A stretch of DNA of 62,034 nt, the filler included, from Trichosphaerium sp. ATCC 40318 (Eukaryota; Protista; Tubulinea), in assembly GCA_038496445.1 (NCBI GenBank). It is 4 parts of 4 records of this genome, joined end to end, with 100 filler letters (N's around TTAATTAATTAA, not from the genome) between each part and the next. Parts side by side here need not be neighbours in the genome. Positions count along the whole stretch, not along the records: positions 24,022 to 39,300 come from JALMLS010000184.1; 3 more parts are not named here. One strand, written 5' to 3'. Below the pieces are notes generated by a model. It was not told where the DNA came from. It saw only the letters and a list, made by a program, of their open reading frames with translations, and ran no database searches. Position 1 is the first letter of the stretch, and every line of letters starts with the position of its first letter. This document shows positions 25,442 through 38,700 of this stretch, in pieces. A program made the position numbers and the translations under genes.

Positions 25442-28400
25442 ATGACAGAATCACAGAGCGACAAATACCAACGTTTAGAAAAGAAAGAACCAACCAACAA
25501 CATCTATATCCCCATAATTGAAATTGTGTTTTCTTTTGCAGGTTTGTAATGCTTGCTTCGCAAATAGTTGACAAAGTTTAGCAACAAATGGCTACAATGA
25601 AGTTGTATCAACATTACTCAAAGCCAACGCCAATGTTGATGCTGTTGATAAAGATGGAAATACAGCTTTAATGTGTGCAGGTAACATGATATGATGAGAT
25701 ACAACATGTACATATCTCATTCCACTATTTAGCACAAAATGGATACGATGAAGTTGTATCAATCTTACTCAACGCCAATGCCAATGTTGATGCTGTTGAT
25801 GAATATGGAGATACAGCTTTACTATGTGCAGGTAACATGATGAGATACAACATGTACATATCTCACTCTACTATTTAGCACAAAATGGATACGATGAAGT
25901 TGTATCAACATTACTCAAAGCCAACGCCAATGTTGATGTTGTTGCTAAAGATGGATATACAGCTTTACTATGTGCAGGTAACATGATGAGATACAACATG
26001 TACATATCTCACTCTACTATTTAGCACAAAAAGGACACAATGAAGTTGTATCAATCTTACTCAACGCCAATGCCAATGTTGATGCTGTTGATGAAGATGG
26101 AGATACAGCTTTACTATGTGCAGGTAACATGATGAGATACAACATGTACATATCTCACTCTACTATTTAGCAATAAAAGGACACAATGAAGTTGTATCAA
26201 CATTACTCAAAGCCAACGCCAATGTTGATGCTGTTGATGAAGATGGAGATACAGCTTTACTATGTGCAGGTAACATGATGAGATACAACATGTACATATC
26301 TCACTCTACTATTTAGCACAAAATGGATACGATGAAGTTGTATCAACATTACTCAAAGCCAACGCCAATGTTGATGTTGTTGCTAAAGATGGATATACAG
26401 CTTTACTATGTGCAGGTAACATGATGAGATACAACATGTACATATCTCACTCTACTATTTAGCACAAAAAGGACACAATGAAGTTGTATCAATCTTACTC
26501 AACGCCAATGCCAATGTTGATGCTGTTGATGAAGATGGAGATACAGCTTTACTATGTGCAGGTAACATGATGAGATACAACATGTACATATCTCACTCTA
26601 CTATTTAGCACAAAATGGATACGATGAAGTTGTATCAATCTTACTCAAAGCCAACGCCAATGTTGATGCTGTTGATAAAGATGGAAATACAGCTTTAATT
26701 AAAGCAGGTAACATGATGAGATACAACATGTACATATCTCACTCTACTATTTAGCACAAAATGGATACGATGAAGTTGTATCAACATTACTCAAAGCCAA
26801 CGCCAATGTTGATGTTGTTGCTAAAGATGGATATACAGCTTTACTATGTGCAGGTAACATGATGAGATACAACATGTACATATCTCACTCTACTATTTAG
26901 CACAAAAAGGACACAATGAAGTTGTATCAATCTTACTCAACGCCAATGCCAATGTTGATGCTGTTGATGAAGATGGAGATACAGCTTTACTATGTGCAGG
27001 TAACATGATGAGATACAACATGTACATATCTCACTCTACTATTTAGCAATAAAAGGACACAATGAAGTTGTATCAACATTACTCAAAGCCAACGCCAATG
27101 TTGATGCTGTTGATGAAGATGGAGATACAGCTTTACTATGTGCAGGTAACATGATGAGATACAACATGTACATATCTCACTCTACTATTTAGCACAAAAT
27201 GGATACGATGAAGTTGTATCAATCTTACTCAAAGCCAACGCCAATGTTGATGCTGTTGATAAAGATGGAAATACAGTTTTAATGTGTGCAGGTAACATGA
27301 TATGATGAGATACAACATGTACATATCTCACTCTACTATTTAGCACAAAGAGGACACAATGAAGTTGTATCAATCTTACTCAAAGCCAACGCCAATGTTG
27401 ATGTTGTTGATAAAGATGGAAATACAACTTTAATGTGTGCAGGTAACATGATATGATGAGATACAGCATGTACATATCTCATTATACTATTTAGCAATAA
27501 AAGGACACAATGAAGTTGTATCAATCTTACTCAAAGCCAACGCCAATGTTGATGCTGTTACTAAATATGGAAAGACAGCTTTAATTAAAGCAGGTAACAT
27601 GATATGATGAGATACAACATGTACATATCTCACTCTACTATTTAGCATATAATGGACACAATGAAGTTGTATCAATCTTACTCAAAGCCAACACCAATGT
27701 TGATGCTGTTGATAAATATGGAAATACAGCTTTAATGTGTGCAGGTAACATGATATGATGAGATACAACATGTACATATCTCACTCTACTATTTAGCATA
27801 TAAGGGATACGATGAAGTTGTATCAATCTTACTCAAAGCCAACGCCAATGTTGATGTTGTTGATAAAGATGGAAATACAGCTTTAATATATGCAGGTAAC
27901 ATGATATGATGAGATACAACATGTACATATCTCATTCCACTATTTAGCACAAAATGGATACGATGAAGTTGTATCAATCTTACTCAATGCCAACGCCAAT
28001 GTTGATGTTGTTGCTAAAGATGGAAAGACAGCTTTAATTAAAGCAGGTAACATGATATGATGAGATACAACATGTACATATCTCACTCTACTATTTAGCA
28101 ATAAAAGGACACAATGAAGTTGTATCAATCTTACTCAAAGCCAATGCCAATGTTGATGTTGTTGCTAAAGATGGAAATACAGCTTTAATATATGCAGGTA
28201 ACATGATATGATGAGATACAACATGTACATATCTCACTCTACTATTTAGCACAAAATGGATACAATGAAGTTGTATCAATTTTACTCAAAGCCAATGCCA
28301 ATGTTGATGCTGTTGATGAATATGGACATACAGCTTTAATTAAAGCAGGTAACATGATATGATAAGATACAACATGTACATATCTCACTCTACTATTTAG

Positions 28401-31400
28401 CATATGATGGACACAATGAAGTTGTATCAATCTTACTCAAAGCCAATGCCAATGTTGATGTTGTTGATAAATATGGAAATACAGCTTTAATTAAAGCAGG
28501 TAACATGATATGATAAGATACAACATGTACATATCTCACTCTACTATTTAGCAATAAATGGACACAATGAAGTTGTATCAATCTTACTCAAAGCCAACGC
28601 CAATGTTGATGCTGTTGATAAAGATGGAAATACAGCTTTAATGTGTGCAGGTAACGATATGATGAGATACAACATGTACATATCTCACTCTACTATTTAG
28701 CACAAAATGGATACGATGAAGTTGTATCAATCTTACTCAATGCCAATGCCAATGTTGATGTTGTTGCTAAAGATGGAAAGACAGCTTTAATTAAAGCAGG
28801 TAACATGATATGATGAGATACAACATGTACATATCTCACTCTACTATTTAGCATATAAGGGATACGATGAAGTTGTATCAATCTTACTCAAAGCCAACGC
28901 CAATGTTGATGTTGTTGATAAAGATGGAAATACAGCTTTAATATATGCAGGTAACATGATATGATGAGATACAACATGTACATATCTCATTCCACTATTT
29001 AGCACAAAATGGATACGATGAAGTTGTATCAATCTTACTCAATGCCAACGCCAATGTTGATGTTGTTGCTAAAGATGGAAAGACAGCTTTAATTAAAGCA
29101 GGTAACATGATATGATGAGATACAACATGTACATATCTCACTCTACTATTTAGCACAAAATGGACACAATGAAGTTGTATCAATCTTACTCAAAGCCAAC
29201 GCCAATGTTGATGTTGTTGCTAAAGATGGAAAGACAACTTTAATGTGTGCAGGTAACATGATATGATGAGATACAACATGTACATATCTCACTCTACTAT
29301 TTAGCATATGATGGACACAATGAAGTTGTATCAATCTTACTCAAAGCCAACGCCAATGTTGATGCTGTTGATGAAGATGGAGATACAGCTTTAATATGGG
29401 CAGGTAACATGATATGATGAGATACAATATGTACATATCTCACTCCACTATTTAGCAATAAATGGACACAATGAAGTTGTATCAATCTTACTCAAAGCCA
29501 ACGCCAATGTTGATGCTGTTGATGAAGATGGACATACAGCTTTACTATGTGCAGGTAACATGATGAGATACAACATGTACATATCTCACTCTACTATTTA
29601 GCACAAAATGGATACGATGAAGTTGTATCAACATTACTCAAAGCCAACGCCAATGTTGATGCTGTTGATAAAGATGGAAATACAGTTTTAATGTGTGCAG
29701 GTAACATGATATGATGAGATACAACATGTACATATCTCACTCTACTATTTAGCACAAAGAGGACACAATGAAGTTGTATCAATCTTACTCAAAGCCAACG
29801 CCAATGTTGATGCTGTTGATGAAGATGGACATACAGCTTTACTATGTGCAGGTAACATGATGAGATACAACATGTACATATCTCACTCTACTATTTAGCA
29901 TATGATGGACACAATGAAGTTGTATCAATCTTACTCAAAGCCAACGCCAATGTTGATGCTGTTGATAAAGATGGAAATACAGCTTTAATATATGCAGGTA
30001 ACATGATATGATGAGATACAACATGTACATATCTCACTCTACTATTTAGCGTGTGGTGGACACAATGAAGTTGTATCAACATTACTCAAAGCCAACGCCA
30101 ATGTTGATGCTGTTGATGAATATGGAAAGACAGTTTTAATGTATGCAGGTAACATGATATGATAAGATACAACATGTACATATCTCACTCTACTATTTAG
30201 CATATAAGGGATACGATGAAGTTGTATCAATCTTACTCAAAGCCAACGCCAATGTTGATGCTGTTGATAAAGATGGAAATACAGTTTTAATATGTGCAGG
30301 TAACATGATGAGATACAACATGTACATATCTCACTCTACTATTTAGCAATAAAAGGACACAATGAAGTTGTATCAATCTTACTCAAAGCCAATGCCAATG
30401 TTGATGTTGTTGCTAAAGATGGAAATACAGCTTTAATATATGCAGGTAACATGATATGATGAGATACAACATGTACATATCTCATTCTACTATGTAGCAC
30501 AAAATGGATACGATGAAGTTGTATCAATCTTACTCAAAGCCAACGCCAATGTTGATGCTGTTACTAAAGATGGAAAGACAGCTTTAATTAAAGCAGGTAA
30601 CATGATATGATGAGATACAACATGTACATATCTCACTCTACTATTTAGCACATGATGGACACAATGAAGTTGTATCAATCTTACTCAACGCCAACGCCAA
30701 TGTTGATGCTGTTGATAAAGATGGAAAGACAGCTTTAATGTATGCAGGTAACATGATATGATGAGATACAACATGTACATATCTCACTCTACTATTTAAC
30801 ACAAGAAGGACACGGTGAAGTTGTATCAATCTTACTCAAAGCCAACGCCAATGTTGATGTTGTTGATAAATATGGAAATACAGCTTTGATTTATATAGGT
30901 AATCACAAATGAGATAAAAACTATGTTTATTTACTATCATTTGAGACTTTGACTATATATCAATGTTTATGTTGAAATTAATCAAACCTAATGCAAATAA
31001 TATTGATACTATTGATGAAAGTGAAACCAACAAGAATTCAGGTATTGGGCACATTACAAACAATTTGGTGAAATAATAGCTAACACTGTAAGTAGTAGTA
31101 ACTCCATGCCAAAGAAAGTGGCAAGACTTTATGTTCATTTTAATTAGAGAAGTGGTATCAAATACACCCTCAGCTGTTGAAAAATTCGTAACTTTCTTAA
31201 AATACTGTCCAAGTGGTAAACAATGCCATCCACTGTGGAGATACTGTAAAAAGCACTATTCGCAAAATGTCGACATAGAGGGGAGAAAACAGTTTGAAGA
31301 ATGGCTTCACCGTTTGGTACACTTTGCTGAATACCAATACCTTAAACTAACCATTACAACGTTTAGCCAACGCGGTATTATTTCAAACTGGCAATGGAAA

Positions 31401-33397
31401 AAGGTATTTGTCATTTAATTTGTTCCGCATGCGATCCCAAAGTTGTACTGTCTCCGGTACGATATCTTCACTGCTAGCATCTACACTACAAACAACATTC
31501 TTTTTCTACAGGAATTCTGGAAACAAGATGGGCAATCAATGCAAGGTATTCTGCATGATATGCCCAATGATGCCTGGGTCAATAACAGTCAAGATGAATC
31601 CTTAAAAGAAGAGTGTACTGAAGGTAAGAAGCGTGGTGATATAATACTAAAAAAAGTTTTCAAAAGGATTAAAAGGTGAAAACGCGTGGAGCCTGAATCC
31701 GCGATTGTATTTTGCAAATAATTGGGATAGATCTAACACGTGCGTTCAATTACTTTTTATTAGTTCTAATATTACAACAAGAGGCATTGTTGCAAAGGCG
31801 ACACACTACAAAACACTGAATCTGCTTGATGACAACGACAAAGTGGCAGTCAGAGAATTCAACATCCTCAAACAGGAGATGTCAAAACTACATGGCTGTG
31901 ACAATTACGAAATCATTGAAGCGACTCTCGTTTGTAATGACATCTTGACAGAAAACTTTGGTCGAATCAACGAAATACTGACGCACAGACATCAGTACGG
32001 TTGCTCCACACTTCATAGGCATTTCCGTGATTCTAAACATGCATCTATTAGAGAACTGCCCAAGTTGTTTAAAAAACAAAATTGGCAAACTGATAGTACC
32101 TACAAGGAATACAAAGAGACTGTGTACCAAAAGTGCAACGCCCTCACTGCTTTTAATGATTGTTATACTGAAAAAAAAGATAAGGTAATGTTCTTGGTAC
32201 TCTTGCACTACAAACATTTTATTTAGTTACCAGTGATATTGATGGTCCATGGAACAACCGAAGAAGCAGCTAAGAGTATTGTAAAGGCTGGTTTTGGAAC
32301 TGTGAGTTCTTTAGACGCTGGTTACTATGGTCAAGGGATATACTTCACTGTACGTTATTACCCAATTATTGTAGGTGGTCAATATTCATTTTCGGCAATA
32401 GAGAAGCATAAAGTATGCCGCTTCATATGATTTAAAAGGAACAACTTCAAAAACACTGGTTTTAAGTCTTGTTACTCCTGGGAACGTTTATCCGGTAAGC
32501 AAACAATAATATTGATGTGGATATTCTTTGCTTACTTGATGATAAAAAGCATGATCCCCTTGTATGTAAAAATACTGATGAGGGTACCAAAACCATGAAT
32601 GAAAGCTTGCACGGAAGGCCAATAAAACCAGGCTACCAAAGTCATTATGCATTGGTAGACCACGCTGGTAAACTTCTGCCAGCAGATAAACTTAAAGATG
32701 CAGTATACGATGAGCTGGTAGTGGCACAAGGTACACTCAGCAATACAATTGAAAAATGTGATTAAATTCTCAAACACTATTTTAGATACTCAAGCTGTTG
32801 CTCGGTACATCATCAAAGTTACAAACAAACATAAAAAAAAACGTAAAACTTCAAAAACCAAGAAAGGTAATAAAAAGACAAAGAAAGAGAAAGATCAAGC
32901 TTCAGAAGTAGATACTGATGGCTCAGCTGGCGAGCTATCTGATGATGAACTATCTGATTCTGACGACACTTTTATTTCTAACCGGTATAATTTTATAGTA
33001 TCTTTTAAACTTAAGTTTTGTTACTAGAAAACTGTGGGCTGCCCATGATGATTCAACTGATGATGAACAACCAAGTTATAATTATGCCAATCTCAAACTA
33101 GAATTACAAGAATCAAACAGCGAGGTAGAGGAACTGACGAAGAGCCTGGCTGAACTTCATCGGAATTCACAGAAAATGAATGCAAATAAAGAACAGCACA
33201 TTACTGAATTGACTGAAAGCATCAAAGACCTCACAAGAAGCAACAACACCCTAAAGCTAGACAATATCAACCTCAAAGAAAGCGTCAACTACCTCTCCGA
33301 AGGTGTCCATGATCTAATGCGAGACAACACTAGCCTAAAGGAGAAGAATGCCATTCTACTGGCAAAAATAGCTCTCCTTGAAAGTACAGCAAAGTAA
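25442..33397 (+). CDS. Ankyrin-repeat (36 single-repeat exons) plus PARP-type ADP-ribosyltransferase plus acidic/coiled-coil tail
   Basis: Exon 1 25442-25541 splices in phase 1 into 99-nt exons (A.NGY.EVVSILLKANANVDAVDKDGNTAL.CA); degenerate cap exon ~30946-31041; ART motifs MVHGTT (His 32248-32250), YYGQGIYFT, KYAASY, LVLSLVTPGN, YDELVV, RYII; stop 33395-33397. One junction near 31080-31150 not resolved. Confidence 0.85.
25582..30898 (+). repeat. Tandem exon-intron array: 36 units of 99-nt exon plus 47/50/52-nt intron (146-151 bp period)
   Basis: Intron GTAACATGAT(ATGAT)GAGATACAACATGTACATATCTCACTCTACTATTTAG repeated 35 times almost unchanged; exons counted unit by unit. Confidence 0.97.
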
Positions 33398-34067
33398 TTC
33401 TAATGCATCTGTTGTAAACAAGCAACGTTTATCAATAAACAATCACAGTTTAGTTTTCCTCACAAATTGTACTTTGTTTCAAATTCATGGCCAATAACTT
33501 GTTTTGGCGCACTGAAGATAAAGGATACTTATAAGTGCAACGTTCAATTGTAATTTGTTCAACTTTGGAAGGTAAGAGGTGTATGCTGTAGATAAAATAA
33601 CACTGCTTGGTTGGTTTTAAAAAAAAGTGCTGAGTCGACTTTCACTGATTACACTGACCCAACATGTTGGTACATATGTAACGGAGTAAAAAAAGTGTCT
33701 TCCTTGACACTAACACAAGATAAGCTATGTAAGTAAATCAAGATATATTCGCTTCTAACAGATCAATTAATCTGTAAGTCAAAGTTGTTTTCTCCTCTTA
33801 TTAACTTTGTTTCTACTTAGTTGTAAAATGCATTCCTGTCTTTTTTATTTGTATGGAACAATCATGTATGAGTGCCAGTACAAGTCGTAACAATCCTCAC
33901 CTAAGAAGTACAACAAAACAAAATGTACAAGGTTATTGTTCAAATTGTAAAGCGTCTTAAAGCCCGGTTCACGGTTTTAGTTTTAGGATCCTACATGTAC
34001 CAAGGCGACTCCAACTTACTCCACAAGCTAAAGTAGTTTTTTAGTGCTCGAAAAACGCACGTGCGTT

Positions 34068-34520
34068 TTATGAAAACCAGAGTGGAGAAATTATTATTAT
34101 CGTCGGATTCTATGCACTGATACATGTTGCATTAGTGTGCAAAGAATCAGTGCCAAAATCGGTCTGGTAAGCCAGAAATTTTTACTTTTTTGTAGATTTT
34201 TTGCTTCAAAAACGAAGAACTTTTACATTTCTCAAAAATTGAAAATACGCGTATTGACATGTTGGTGTACTGTGTAAAAAAACAGAGCTGAACTTGACCG
34301 TGGTTGCCATAAATGTTACCTTTCTTATTTTTTTCTGGAAATTTTTTTGTGATAAAACGTGAGGTAAGTTCTTCGTTTTTGAAGCAAAAAATTGACAAAA
34401 AAGTAAAAATTTCTGGCTTACCAGACCGATTTTGGCACTGATTCTTTGCACACTAATGCAACATGTATCAGTGCATAGAATCCGACAATAAAAATAATTT
34501 CTCCGCTCGGGTTTTCATAA
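34068..34520. mobile_element. Fold-back/MITE-like element with ~155-bp inverted repeats
   Basis: 34068-34222 is the near reverse complement of 34366-34520 (e.g. GCACTGATACATGTTGCATTAGTGTGCAAAGAATCAGTGCCAAAATCGGTCTGGTAAGCC); degenerate extension to ~34033/34547; no TSD established. Confidence 0.75.
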
Positions 34521-34859
34521 TGGTTTTTCTGAAATCAAAAAATCTACAATATACAATTTCCTACTTTTTAACACATGTTAGTTCCTCACCACTTGTACTT
34601 GGCTCAAAGAATTGTGAACAACTGGATTAAAACAGTAAAAAATTACTTTCGGTACAAAGTACTTTACCAGATATACAAAATAAGTAGATGGCGTGAATTA
34701 GCGAGCACGCTTATATCAAAAGCCTGTCTATTCCTTGTACACTATCTCGTTATTCACCTACTAATTTCGGTTTTGGCTAGCCAACCAATGGCAGATATAG
34801 TACATTCTTTCATTCTTTTTGGTTCTCTTTTTCTTATTTATGTACTGCATGTACTTCTA

Positions 34860-35705
34860 AATACAGAAGCTTGTGATGGAGGGGATAACCCTTTGAAGAG
34901 TGATTGCGTTATATGGAAGTGTGAAAACGTCAAAGACTACGAACAACAAAGTGCATCTTTTTGAAACTACCTTCTGGAACACGTTCTTTTTTGCGAACCA
35001 GGTTTTTCGCCAGGTTGTCAACATCTTTGTATTGTACTACTAACGGTCTGTTATACTAACTTCATAATGTAGCGTGATAGACCAGGTAGAAGTCCTGAAG
35101 ATCTCAGAGAAAGCTATCTTCAATCATCCTTGAAGCGGTTTCCAAACTGTGTATGTTCTATTTAGTGTAACACCATTCTTACTTTGTAATTTATAGCCAT
35201 ATGCAGCCCAGAGAGGTTCTTTGTAATCTCAGCTTGCTTGAAAATAGCACAAAATACGATTTTCCAAGGTTGGAACTAGCTCTCATTAATTACGCACCAG
35301 CTGTACGAAAAAAACTAGTGACAAAGTTTTAATAGAAAGATGTTTAGGCAAAGTGAGAAGCGATTTTAAACGCAATACAAGGTTGCTCTCCAGAAGCTAT
35401 TAACTTAAAAGCTAAACTATGTTATGACAGGCTGCCAATATACGTGCTAATGTCTGGTTTGACTAGCGCAGGTTCTTCTGCTATACCTTTGACATCCTTT
35501 TTGACTATACCCGCCAGTGCAGCTGCAGACTGCATTCCAGACTATGTCTAAAATGGTGCTATCATTTCTACCCATCATTGGACCTGTATTATCTGGATCA
35601 ATGAGCGCCTCAATCACATACTTTGCGGGAAGCACATACATCACGCAATGTATTGAGCTTTGCAAAGTGATGAGAAGATTGAGAATGCAAAGAGAACATA
35701 TGTAG
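34860..35705 (+). pseudogene. Degenerate gene with DUF697/YcjF-like small-residue hydrophobic C-terminus
   Basis: SAGSSAIPLTSF and LSFLPIIGPVLSGSMSASITYFAGSTYI lie in different frames; stops upstream. Confidence 0.3.
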
Positions 35706-38700
35706 AAAAGTTGCTAAATAAACTCTATTTTGTATTGTTATTATTTTCAGGTTCTGTGCCTTTAGTAGCAGGTTGCAACAGAAGATGGCTTATCATCGTA
35801 CAACAACTATGTTAACAATGGAGGAATACTTAAGCGATTGTTCATTGCTGTTTACAAAGCAAGCGTGAATAGAAACGCATTGAGCGTTACAAAAGATACT
35901 GATCTATTAATTGTTATATATATATATATGTACGTATTGAATGTGAGTCTAAGCGAATTGCGTGCATTGTATCATCATATGCCAAAGTTCCGTTCAAATC
36001 AACGTATCCAGTTATCTTTTGTTCAAACTCTAGAAAACAAAATCAAAGAAAAGGCAAAGAATCCTGTAAAGAAGCCTCCACCTGTAAAGCGTACAGGAAA
36101 GAAGTTTGTAATGAAAAAGCCAAAACCTGGTGGCGGCGGTATGAGCTTCCTCGGCGAGCTTAAAAAAAAGTGTCAACGTCTGGCAAACTTGGTGAGATTA
36201 CTGGTGATACTCATGGTTGCGAATCTTGGTGAAAGAAATATTATAAAAAAGGTAAAGGACAACTTTGGTGGAAAAATTAACAATATCTTCCAACAGGGTG
36301 CCTTTTAGCTTTTGGGAAAACTCAAACCATTTTTGTATTTGTTTGCTTGATACTATTTGGACTATGCATCGAACAAAAACGAATTTCAAAGCCATTAGGA
36401 GCATGCAGGACTTAAAAAAAGAATGTGCATGGTAACACCAACAAAATCTCACATTTTTAAATGGTTTAGCAGATTACAGATTTTGTTGAAGAGTTTCTTA
36501 GCCTTTGGCTTTGCCGTACTGGACCACGAACACCTTTAATTCAATACAATTGAATATTTTTTTTACTTCACGGTCGCATAGCATGTGCAACCAAGTAATA
36601 TTTCTATCTGGTTAGAAATGATACCAGTTATCTATTTAACTTATATTAATATTGTAGGTGACAGTACTGTTGATTATGCGTCTTTGAGTGTAGGGAAGTG
36701 GTCTTGACCGCCTTTAAGCTAGACTCCGTATATGAGTAATCCTATGAGGTTAGTAGTAAATAATTTCTTACCAGGTAACGGATCTACGATAAAAACTTAG
36801 CTACTTTATGTTGGAAGGGAAAATAACTCTACCTAATGTTTTGCAAATATCCCAACCATACTTGCATCATTTTTCACGAATCAAACGGACTGATGGTGTG
36901 CTTCTTACATATCTATTCGCGTTTGATTCAAAAAAAAAATTGATCACGTGCTCGCAAGGTCGAAAAAAAAACCAGGTGGGACACTGCAATCAAACCTAAG
37001 GAAGTTATGAAGTTTATAGGAACAATGTGGCTTTGGGAGCAAAGAAGTGGCGAAAGAAATTATAATGATGTTATTTAGCACAAAAGGAAAACCACATCCA
37101 ATTGGTTTGATGATCTATGTACAAGCTCTATTCTGAGACAAATATGGTAAAAAGCCTTACTGGGGTCGCAGCCAGTTTCTCCTGTAGATGCTGCAAAAAA
37201 ATTGATTCTAAAATTTGAACAATAAAATAAGTATGGATTCGAGATTCATGGAGAAATGTGATTCTTGTACAAAAGTTACAGAAGCACGCGCTCACGTGAC
37301 CCCAGAAAGGTTGAAAACATCAAAGTGTGCTTTTAGAAAATTGCAAAACAATAAAGCACATATTAGAAGTAGTTTGAAATTTGTTTGACATACGCCAAGC
37401 GTTTGTAGTACTGATGTAATTTATCTACTTTTGTCCAGCCTGGGAATTATGATTGTTGATTCCGTACACGCGATATCTACTCAAAGGAAATACATAATGC
37501 AAAACTAGTTCTAGCGTTTGCACTATGACCATGTGCCTTCATTATTAAGCAGTACACAATGAAAAGGAAACCTGCAATATGAACGGAAATGTTCGATTTA
37601 TGCCATTTTTGCTAACCTGTGAGTACTCCAATGCGTTGTTTTACGCGTAAGGAAACGTTTTATAATACTCGTTGTCCCAAACTAGGTGCCATTACAGTTA
37701 TTAATAGAGAACCAACCGCAAGGTAGTATTGTATATTGTAGACGTCTGTTGAACAAGGAAGGTCAAAACGAGAACACCAACACGCTAGGAGAGTACATTC
37801 ATCGTATTTTTGTCCAATATCAGTGCAGTTTGAAACCACGATTGTTACACTGAAACGAACGATAGACCTAGTTGGAGCTTTGGCACGGCAATTGCCAGCC
37901 CGCTCCTATATTCTACTTGCATTACGCGAGCGATAGATTTACATCCGTTGCTGGCTTATGCAAGGAGAGGCGCCTATTTGTGTGTTGAAACTAACAAAGT
38001 GATAGCTCTAATTGAAGCTTTCGTACAGAACATCACAGCGTTCGTTTGCCATAAAACTACTCGCCCTTACGCAAACTGTGTTTACGTAATCAAAAAACGC
38101 ATGTTTGCAACGTCACAATAAAACAGCTCACAAAATTATTCGATGGTTTGAGGGAGCCTTTTTCAAAGGATCGCTCGCTGGTGCTTTGTCAGTATGATGG
38201 CGAAAAGAATAAACCACAACGGAGCTGCACGAGGTAACAGTAAACCCTTATCACCTACGAATGGGATACCTCTACAATAAAGGCTAAACAGAGTTCAAAC
38301 CAATACTCCTATATTGTTGCAGCGTAGTTCTTTCCTCCACACAAGAAGCAAAGTCATGCTTTTTCTTTAGCGGTAGTTTTTTTGAATTCTTTCTCAATAA
38401 AATTAGTTGCTTTTCAAGTTACTACTAGGTCTTTGCTCAGTAAATTCATCTTTCTACGCCGTGCGAAATAATGTAGTAGCTATCAGCCAAAGCGTATCTC
38501 GCCACGCCAAGACGATAAGGTTGCTAAGCACAAGTACTCTAGCAGAGAATACACACATTCCGTGCGTGTACAAGTAAATTAACTTTGGTCGCTCCTGCAT
38601 TGCACTATACTGGTTATGTTCTTATTGCATCGTCCCATACTTTGGATGTTATAGCTTTTAAAAAGTTCGCTGTTAGTAGACAACGACTAGCTAGACTTCC

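Noticed and set aside
27185-30829. Twenty 62-63-aa minus-strand ORFs in the ORF track
   Set aside because: Antisense shadows of the exon-intron repeat; the plus-strand spliced frame matches the ankyrin consensus.
25582-30898. CRISPR-like array (constant hairpin repeat plus variable spacer)
   Set aside because: The constant part is a GT-AG intron and the 'spacers' are mutually homologous ankyrin exons; no cas genes; eukaryotic context.
25582-30898. DGR-style adenine mutagenesis (AAT/GAT/TAT/CAT variants)
   Set aside because: Many synonymous-position adenines (GTA, TCA, TTA, ACA, GGA) are essentially invariant, and no template repeat or DGR-type RT is present.
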